DNA from: an uncultured virus (IMG/VR IMGVR_UViG_3300021425_000028)
Lineage: Duplodnaviria; Heunggongvirae; Uroviricota; Caudoviricetes
DNA: 20,000 nucleotides
Virus record (IMG/VR): IMGVR_UViG_3300021425_000028
Reading direction: 5' to 3' (one strand)
In this document: one piece after another, positions 9,222-16,147 of the stretch
Numbering within the stretch: the stretch's first letter is position 1
Layout of the letters: each line of letters begins with the position of its first letter
The notes under the pieces: model-generated
The model's input: the letters and a program-made list of their open reading frames with translations, nothing else
What the model was told of the DNA's origin: nothing
The model's database searches: none
Position numbers and translations under genes: made by a program

Positions 9222-10728
9222 AGGAGGATTCGGTGCATATAGTAGTGTTCCAAGAAGTTCGGGTATGGGGCAAGGCGCTGCTCAAGTAGTTAATCCTGTA
9301 GCTCCAATAGCTACAGACTTTACAGGATTGAATCAGGGTATTCAAAATCTTGGAGCTGGGGTTATGGACATGAAAGCTCAAGACGCGGCCAAGAAAAAAG
9401 CTGAAGCTCAAAAGCTAAAAGATGCGCAGGATCTTAATGCTGGCACAACTCCTTATTATCAGAATGCCTTTAACGCACATAAGGATAAAGTAATGCAAGG
9501 TGTTTTAAATTCAGAAGATGAAAATATCGACCTTGATAAAGTTGCAGCTGATTTAGGAAGATTTGGAAAGGATATAGAGGCGGCAGAAAAATTGGAAGTT
9601 TCTATGTTGAAACAAGCTCAGCAAGATGAAAATCAAATGGTAAGGGATGCGAATGGAAATTGGATTCCGTTTCAAGAAGTTATGTTTGATCGATTGGCTA
9701 CTGCGCCTACAGAGGAAGAATTAGCTTTAGCAGATGAGGGTTTATTTGCTCAAAATAGAATGCTTGAGTTGAATGACTTACAAAAGTCAACGCTTAAAAG
9801 AGATCCTTTATATGATCCTGAGTTTAAAATCAGCGATACATTTATGGACTACGCAAAGAATAGCGCAAGCTCAAAAGCAGTTATTCAAAAGGTAATGAAT
9901 GACAACGATGGAAACTATGACTTTAAGAAGGTAATTACCGAGCTTCCACTGGAAGAAAGGAAAAAATTTATTGATAAGGTTAAAGACTCAGACCAATTAA
10001 TGACTGAGTGGGTTACTCAAAGAGCAATCGCCACGAATCAAAAGATTCCTAACATTAATGACCCTAATGAAAGAGCGTTAATAGAAGATGCTTGGTATGA
10101 AGAGGTAGATAAGATTGATAGTCGATTACCGGCTACTAGAAAGGAGTCCGGAAGTGTTGTTAAATCAGTTGATGGACAACAGAGGGGTAATAATAAGCAG
10201 ACTGATCAATATCGAGTGATTGAACTTGAAAATGAAAACTTTGCTACGCCTAAAGATTTTGAAAATCAAGTAGAAAAAGTAGGCAGTTTAATCTCAAAAT
10301 CAAATTCAGAAGACTTTACTGAAGATGACGCAAAACTTCTAAAAGAAAGCCAGAATCTTCTAAAGAAGATGAAGTCAACATCTTGGGGATTTGATACTGA
10401 GTCAGCTAAAACAACGTCATTGGTAAATGATAAAACTCCAGACAAAGAAATTCCTGTTTCGATTGGAAATTATACTGGAGGATTAAAGAGTATAACAGTC
10501 GATAAAAACGGCAAAGGATACGCAGTCATAAACACCAAAGTTTCATATCGAAAAGGAAGTACAGCAGATGATGGAACAGCAACAAGTAGAACAATTATTC
10601 AGCCATTACCAGTAGAAATTTCGCCTAATGATGTAAAAATGATTGAGGAAAGGTATAATGTCAAAGTAATGCCTGATGGTAGTGTAGAAGAAACAACAAC
10701 AGAAGATTTTAACTGGGGGGATCAATAA
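9214..10728 (+). CDS. Putative ejection/internal virion protein (504 aa)
   Basis: Overlaps the previous gene, has a Gly/Ala-rich N-terminus and a charged helical body, lacks Cys, and occupies the second-ejection-gene position. Confidence 0.55.
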   Translation: MAKGGFGAYSSVPRSSGMGQGAAQVVNPVAPIATDFTGLNQGIQNLGAGVMDMKAQDAAKKKAEAQKLKDAQDLNAGTTPYYQNAFNAHKDKVMQGVLNSEDENIDLDKVAADLGRFGKDIEAAEKLEVSMLKQAQQDENQMVRDANGNWIPFQEVMFDRLATAPTEEELALADEGLFAQNRMLELNDLQKSTLKRDPLYDPEFKISDTFMDYAKNSASSKAVIQKVMNDNDGNYDFKKVITELPLEERKKFIDKVKDSDQLMTEWVTQRAIATNQKIPNINDPNERALIEDAWYEEVDKIDSRLPATRKESGSVVKSVDGQQRGNNKQTDQYRVIELENENFATPKDFENQVEKVGSLISKSNSEDFTEDDAKLLKESQNLLKKMKSTSWGFDTESAKTTSLVNDKTPDKEIPVSIGNYTGGLKSITVDKNGKGYAVINTKVSYRKGSTADDGTATSRTIIQPLPVEISPNDVKMIEERYNVKVMPDGSVEETTTEDFNWGDQ

Positions 10729-10729
10729 G

Positions 10730-13700
10730 ATGAATCAAGACCAAGACAATAAAGCGCTAGATAACCTTTACAAGGATGCCCAGTCAAAAGGCTATAAAAA
10801 GGATGTCTCTGAATTTAAGACTCTTTTAGAGTCTGATGAAAGGGCTTTAGAAGCAGCGTATAAGCTGGCTACTGACAAAGGCTATAAGAAAGATGTTGCC
10901 GAGTTTGAAACCCTTCTAGGGTTAAAAAAAAAAGAATCCGCGCAGTCAGAAGCATCTACAACTCAACAATCAAAAAATCCACAGCAAGCTGGTCAATCAT
11001 CTCAAATGGATGGTCAGCAATCTACGCCATATGGTGTCCAACAACCAAGTCCTCTCGTTGATAAAACGCTTCCAGTTGGTGTGGCTGCTCCTAAAGAAGG
11101 GGGTGAAGTAACTACAGAGTTTCAAGAAAGTATGCGCCCCACAGAAGGTGCTGTAATTGGAGCTAATATTGGAATTGATAAAGCAAAGGATAAGAAATCT
11201 GCAGAGAGTGCGGTAGCTGGTTTTAATGTTGGCATTGAAAAGGCTAATGAAAAGCAGCCTGAAAATACTATGGCCGTATACTCTGATTACAAAAAATTAG
11301 AGCCTCAAATTGAGGAGCTTAATAAGCGTATTGATCAATTCGAATCTTTGGATACTCCAAATAGAAAGGTGATTGATGAGCTTACTATTCAGAGAAACGA
11401 GCTTGCCGATGCTCAAGCAAAAAATGTAGAGAAGCTTATTAATCCAGTAATTGAAAAAACTAAGGATACGTTTTGGACTAAAGATGGAGAGGTAAAGCCA
11501 GAATTTATTGATAAGAATTTTTATGGATTCAATGTTCCGAATCTTGATGCTATTAGAAGCGAAGCTGATAAGCTATTCAATGAAGATGCTCAAGGATTAA
11601 AGAGAAAGTTCATCAAAGACATGCAGGGGTCTATCCAATTTGGATTAGACGTTGAGAAAAACAACCTTGAAGATAGATTTGAAAAAATTCTAAAAGAAAA
11701 TACTGGGAAATCATTACAAGATTTAATCTCAGAAAACAGCCAAAAGCAATTCGATGAAACGTATGGCAAGGATCTAGCCGCCACACTTTCAACTGTTCAA
11801 GGTAAAATTGGGGCTTTAGAATCTGAATACACTGAAATACTTAAGGCTGAGCAAGAAAAAGATCAAGCCATTATAGATCAAATGAGCGCAGCGTATAAGG
11901 AGAAAGCCGAAATATTGACAAGCGCTCCTATTACTACTGTTGAGCAAGAAACTGCTGTAAATCTTGAGTTATCCAAATTATTTGATGATTACAACAAGTC
12001 AATAGACGAAATAATCGAAACATCTGCTGATAGGCAAAATGAATACAATAGTAGGCTGAACAGGGTTGCTCAAGAACAAACGGATCTTTACAATAAAAAA
12101 GCAGCAGAGCTTTCTGCTAAATTTGAGAGGGAATATAATTTATCTCCAGATGTTGTTGCTGAAATGAATAAAGCATCTAAAGCAGCGGCAGAGCAGTTAC
12201 TTCAAGAGGCAAACAAAGCAAAGGAAAAAGTCATATCCTCTATGGATCAGACAAACCAATGGTCAAACAGATTGATGACTAGCACCATGTCTTCTATTGG
12301 AGGTTTAATGGCTGGATGGGCTGTGTCTGGAGGTGGAGATGGTGCGTTTGGTGATAAGGTGGAGCAGTATTGGCAACCATCTGTATCACCGGTTAAGTCA
12401 TTTAAAGACATGACTTTATACTCATTTGAGGAAAGCTCTGGAAACCTTTTAGGTTCTATGATGCCATCAGTAGCTGCTAGTCTTGGTACAGCGGCTTTAA
12501 CAAAGAACGCTAGTATGACAACTAGGATTCTTGCCACTGGTGCAGCTGGATGGGCAACTGAAACTATAGATATAGCTGGAAGACAATACAAAGAAGCACT
12601 TGAGCGAACTGGATCAGAGGCAGAGGCTAAAAATGCAGCTTCAGAGGCTATTGATGCTCAGATTGCAATGTCTTATATGTATTTAGCAGATGGGCTTCCA
12701 TTTATCGGTGCGTATAAGAAAATTGCAAATCCGGTTCTCAGAATTGGGACTGGAGCAACAGTTGAATATGTTACTGAAGGTATTCAAGAATACGGACAAG
12801 GATTAGCAGAGAAGTCAATTTCTGGGTCTAGAGACTATGAAAACTGGTGGTCTGGATATAGAAATAAAGATGGTTGGATGGAAGGTGGAGCTTCTATGGA
12901 GGCGTTTGAAGAGAATATGGTAAATGTGTTGCCAGCTTCATTGACTGGAGTAATAGGGTCTGTAAACGCACAGAGCAAGTCTATTCTCGATACTAATCCA
13001 GACATTGCTATGCAACAACTTGGTGATATGATCATTAAGAAAGGTAAGCCAATGGCAAAACACCAAATCTCATTGATTTATAGCCAGGGGCTAATGGATA
13101 AGCAAACATTCAATTATTTAGGCCAGCAAATTGATAATTATGAGACAGCAAACTCTAAGGAGTACAATGCTATCATGTTTAAAAAGGATCAAGTCAATAA
13201 AGAGGCTGAAAAAGAGGAAGATCCAGTAAAGAAAAAGGTTCTAAATAAAGTAGCTCAGTCATATGATGTTTTAATGGAAGACCTATTAATGGGACGACCT
13301 ATTAACATGAATACTGTAGATGTTGCTGGAAAGGAGTATCTTGAAGTAACTAACAATCCTATCAAGCAAGTAGAGATGAATAAGCTTAAGGATGTAAAAA
13401 TTACCGCTCCGGAAGAAGCTAAAAAGTCTAAAACTACAGTCGAGCAATACGGGGATGAGCAAGAGGTTAAATCAAAACAAGCACCAGAAGAAAAAGGAGT
13501 ATCGGTATCAGATGCTATTACAGGAATCGTTGTGCCGGCTAGTGTAAAAGGAAGGCTTTTGAATGAAGATCAGTCAAAAGAACTACAGAAAGAAATTGAG
13601 TCGAAACAAGTCACTAATTCAACAGAAGTTTTTGATAAGGCCAAAGACGATATTCGTATGAAAGCCTTCAGCTATGATGAGCCGATAGCTAAAAAAGAAG

Positions 13701-14203
13701 TGAACGGAGTAGATGTGCGTATTACTGAAGGGTTAATACGCAATAACGAAAAATCTTATCTTCTTTATGCTGACGGTAAAATAGTTGGAGAATTTGAAAC
13801 TGTAGATGGAGCTAAAAAAGTAGTAGGATTAATTGAAGAGAATCTAGTTCCTTCATTAGAAAGCAATACACTATCTCCTTTCATAGAGAAGTTTAATTTA
13901 ACGGAATCAGAGTCAGCAGAAGGTGTGTTGGTTAATGACCCTAACAGCGATATTCAATTAGCGTTTTCTGAGTCAACAACGCCTAACACAATTAAACTAG
14001 AAAGTATTAGGTCAACAAAGGCAAAACAGGAGTTTGAAGCTCAAGAAGACAATGCATTTAAAGCTAGAAAATGGCCAGTAAAATTAACTTTGATTTCCCC
14101 AAAACAATTAGCAAATTCAAAAAATCCTATTGAAAACAAGTTAAAGCATGATGATATTAAGGATAGGTACAAAAAATTAAAAGCATTTATTAATTGTTTG
14201 TGA
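10730..14203 (+). CDS. Large ejection/cargo (polyvalent-type) protein, N-terminal half; last ~60 aa supplied by the inserted cassette
   Basis: 1157 aa. It has an N-terminal 30-aa duplication, a coiled-coil region and Gly/Ala-rich hydrophobic helices (~aa 520-750). It ends with a partial GNAT-like segment (IQLAFSE...TIKLESIRSTK) followed by an unrelated tail ending INCL. Confidence 0.7.
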   Translation: MNQDQDNKALDNLYKDAQSKGYKKDVSEFKTLLESDERALEAAYKLATDKGYKKDVAEFETLLGLKKKESAQSEASTTQQSKNPQQAGQSSQMDGQQSTPYGVQQPSPLVDKTLPVGVAAPKEGGEVTTEFQESMRPTEGAVIGANIGIDKAKDKKSAESAVAGFNVGIEKANEKQPENTMAVYSDYKKLEPQIEELNKRIDQFESLDTPNRKVIDELTIQRNELADAQAKNVEKLINPVIEKTKDTFWTKDGEVKPEFIDKNFYGFNVPNLDAIRSEADKLFNEDAQGLKRKFIKDMQGSIQFGLDVEKNNLEDRFEKILKENTGKSLQDLISENSQKQFDETYGKDLAATLSTVQGKIGALESEYTEILKAEQEKDQAIIDQMSAAYKEKAEILTSAPITTVEQETAVNLELSKLFDDYNKSIDEIIETSADRQNEYNSRLNRVAQEQTDLYNKKAAELSAKFEREYNLSPDVVAEMNKASKAAAEQLLQEANKAKEKVISSMDQTNQWSNRLMTSTMSSIGGLMAGWAVSGGGDGAFGDKVEQYWQPSVSPVKSFKDMTLYSFEESSGNLLGSMMPSVAASLGTAALTKNASMTTRILATGAAGWATETIDIAGRQYKEALERTGSEAEAKNAASEAIDAQIAMSYMYLADGLPFIGAYKKIANPVLRIGTGATVEYVTEGIQEYGQGLAEKSISGSRDYENWWSGYRNKDGWMEGGASMEAFEENMVNVLPASLTGVIGSVNAQSKSILDTNPDIAMQQLGDMIIKKGKPMAKHQISLIYSQGLMDKQTFNYLGQQIDNYETANSKEYNAIMFKKDQVNKEAEKEEDPVKKKVLNKVAQSYDVLMEDLLMGRPINMNTVDVAGKEYLEVTNNPIKQVEMNKLKDVKITAPEEAKKSKTTVEQYGDEQEVKSKQAPEEKGVSVSDAITGIVVPASVKGRLLNEDQSKELQKEIESKQVTNSTEVFDKAKDDIRMKAFSYDEPIAKKEVNGVDVRITEGLIRNNEKSYLLYADGKIVGEFETVDGAKKVVGLIEENLVPSLESNTLSPFIEKFNLTESESAEGVLVNDPNSDIQLAFSESTTPNTIKLESIRSTKAKQEFEAQEDNAFKARKWPVKLTLISPKQLANSKNPIENKLKHDDIKDRYKKLKAFINCL
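10745..10918 (+). repeat. Two tandem 30-aa (90-bp period) repeats at the cargo protein N-terminus
   Basis: DNKALDNLYKDAQSKGYKKDVSEFKTLL / DERALEAAYKLATDKGYKKDVAEFETLL. Confidence 0.9.
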
Positions 14204-14607
14204 TGGAAAAAGATAGAGATGATGAAATATTTGAAAGGGAACTTTCGCAAAAGAACCATAAGGAATTAATATCCCAGATTAAAAATCTGTCAGAGGCTAT
14301 TTTAAATAGAAAAGAAGCAGGAATTGAAGATGGCTTAAAGATCTATTTACAAAAAATAGATCATGCGTTAAACGCCCTAAATAATAAAAATGAGTCTAGT
14401 CCAAAAATTAATGTAAATTTAGAAGAAGCAGTACGCGCGATTGATAGAATCAAGGCTGAAATAGTGGATAGCAACAATGCTTTTATGCGGTACATGGAGA
14501 GCAGGTTAGTTCCTGATAAAATATCCTTTGTAAGAAATTACAGAGGGGTTGCAGATTCAGTCCAAATAACATACAAATCAATTAAAGAACTAAGAGATGG
14601 CCGATAA
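14203..14607 (+). CDS. Hypothetical protein (134 aa): coiled coil plus a short C-terminal beta-hairpin
   Basis: The ATG at 14203 overlaps the upstream TGA (TGATG) and is preferred over the TTG at 14194. The helical body ends in KISFVRNYRGVADSVQITY. Confidence 0.75.
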   Translation: MEKDRDDEIFERELSQKNHKELISQIKNLSEAILNRKEAGIEDGLKIYLQKIDHALNALNNKNESSPKINVNLEEAVRAIDRIKAEIVDSNNAFMRYMESRLVPDKISFVRNYRGVADSVQITYKSIKELRDGR

Positions 14608-15955
14608 TGTACAGTTAAATTCCCCTACAACTTCTGGAGCTGTTATTGCAACTGATGATATTGCAGGGGTTCAGCATCAACTTGTAAAGCTTGAGTTCGG
14701 AGAAGATGGTTCTGCGACTCAGGTAAGCAACTCAAACCCATTACCGTCTAAAGATTCAGAAGCCATTGCGCTACTCGAAAGTTTAGATGGTAAGATTTCA
14801 GCTCAAAGTTATACTTCTGAGATCGGGGTAAATTCAACTACAACACCACTAGCTAGTGGTGCTACATTTACAGGGGTTGGAGAGCTATCAAATCTACCCA
14901 ATGTTATGGTCATTTGTAAGACCGACAACACAGGAACTCTATTTTTTGATTTTTCACCTGATGGAACAAATTGGGACTCAACATTTCCTACAGCAGGATT
15001 TCAAGTAAAGGCGGGTATAAATGAGTTTCATACAGCAATAAAAGGAGCAAGGTATTTTAGAGTTCGTTTAGTTAATGATACAGGCGCTCAAACATATTTA
15101 AGGCTTTACACTTATTACGGGTCAAACTTTGTACCTAGTAACGCCCCATTAAATCAAATCGCTGGATTAGACCAAGACGCAATATTTACTCGTGGTACAA
15201 TTCCACAAGATGAAATAAGAATAGGTAGAAGAGAAGGTGTTACGGGCTTTACCAAGTTTGCTTATAGAGATGGTTTAACCGCTGCTTCTGGCGAGCAAAC
15301 AGTGTGGACTTCAGCGGAAAATACATTTATACCAATGGTTGTAGCGGACACTTATACAATTACTTATGATGGAACGGGTGGCGGAACAACTGATGGCGCA
15401 GGAACAACAGGAGCTTTGACGCTCGCTATAACTCATGTTAATGCAAATGGTGATCCTGAAACTTTTATACACACGCTTGGTACGGATGGTAGTGATATAA
15501 CAACACAAAGTGGTTTTGGCATCAATCGTTGTGCGGTAGCTAGTAGTGGGGGCGCTGATTACAATAATAGTGATATAACTATAGCCGCAACAATTAGTGG
15601 AAATGTCCAAGCTCATATATCAGCGAATAACAGCACAACCGAGCAAGCTATATTTGTGACTAGCGCTAATCATGATGCGGTTGCTAAGTGGTTATTTATA
15701 AAAATGAATAAATTAACTGGTGGTGGTGAGGTTCGAGCTTTAGTTAAGGGGTACATATATAATAGACAAGTTGCGACACGTTATCTAATTTTTAGAGCAA
15801 TACTTGACACAAGGGGTGAGGCTACTATTAATATAACTGACCCGATAGGATTCAACCTAAGCCCAACAGATGTAATATGGTTTACAGTTGACACAGATAC
15901 GAATAGTAGCGAGATAGACTTAAGGTTTAGCTTAAACGAGTATAGAAGAACATAA
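14597..15955 (+). CDS. Beta-rich putative virion-surface (fibre/decoration-like) protein, 452 aa
   Basis: Thr/Gly-rich. It has an N-terminal module (ADNVQLN...IATDDIAGVQHQLVKLEFGEDGSATQVSNSNPLP), a jelly-roll-like module (NSTTTPLASGATFTG...FDFSPDGTNWD...ARYFRVRLVN) and a second beta domain. The function is inferred from composition and remembered phage motifs. Confidence 0.55.
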   Translation: MADNVQLNSPTTSGAVIATDDIAGVQHQLVKLEFGEDGSATQVSNSNPLPSKDSEAIALLESLDGKISAQSYTSEIGVNSTTTPLASGATFTGVGELSNLPNVMVICKTDNTGTLFFDFSPDGTNWDSTFPTAGFQVKAGINEFHTAIKGARYFRVRLVNDTGAQTYLRLYTYYGSNFVPSNAPLNQIAGLDQDAIFTRGTIPQDEIRIGRREGVTGFTKFAYRDGLTAASGEQTVWTSAENTFIPMVVADTYTITYDGTGGGTTDGAGTTGALTLAITHVNANGDPETFIHTLGTDGSDITTQSGFGINRCAVASSGGADYNNSDITIAATISGNVQAHISANNSTTEQAIFVTSANHDAVAKWLFIKMNKLTGGGEVRALVKGYIYNRQVATRYLIFRAILDTRGEATINITDPIGFNLSPTDVIWFTVDTDTNSSEIDLRFSLNEYRRT

Positions 15956-16146
15956 TGCTACTTGCTTTAATATCAAATATTGGTACGGCAGCAGGAGTAG
16001 TAGTTCCTTTAACTGGAGCAAGTGGAGCTAGCAAGAGAATAAAAGAAGAACAAGATCGAATTGATGAAATTAGAGCTGCAAGAGAAGATGAGCAATACGT
16101 TTTACTCACAATAGCTGAAATAATGGTAAAATATTACACGAACTAA
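15955..16146 (+). CDS. Small hypothetical protein (63 aa)
   Basis: TAATG coupling upstream, and its stop lies 1 nt before the next ATG. It has a hydrophobic N-terminus, a GASGAS linker and a charged helix ending REDEQYVLLTIAEIM. Confidence 0.7.
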   Translation: MLLALISNIGTAAGVVVPLTGASGASKRIKEEQDRIDEIRAAREDEQYVLLTIAEIMVKYYTN

Positions 16147-16147
16147 G

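Noticed and set aside
14201..14270. Stop-codon reassignment or TGA read-through joining the two giant ORFs, as in some crAss-like phages
   Set aside because: Reading through the TGA meets an in-frame TAA about 22 codons later, and genes across the window are long and tightly packed under the standard bacterial code.
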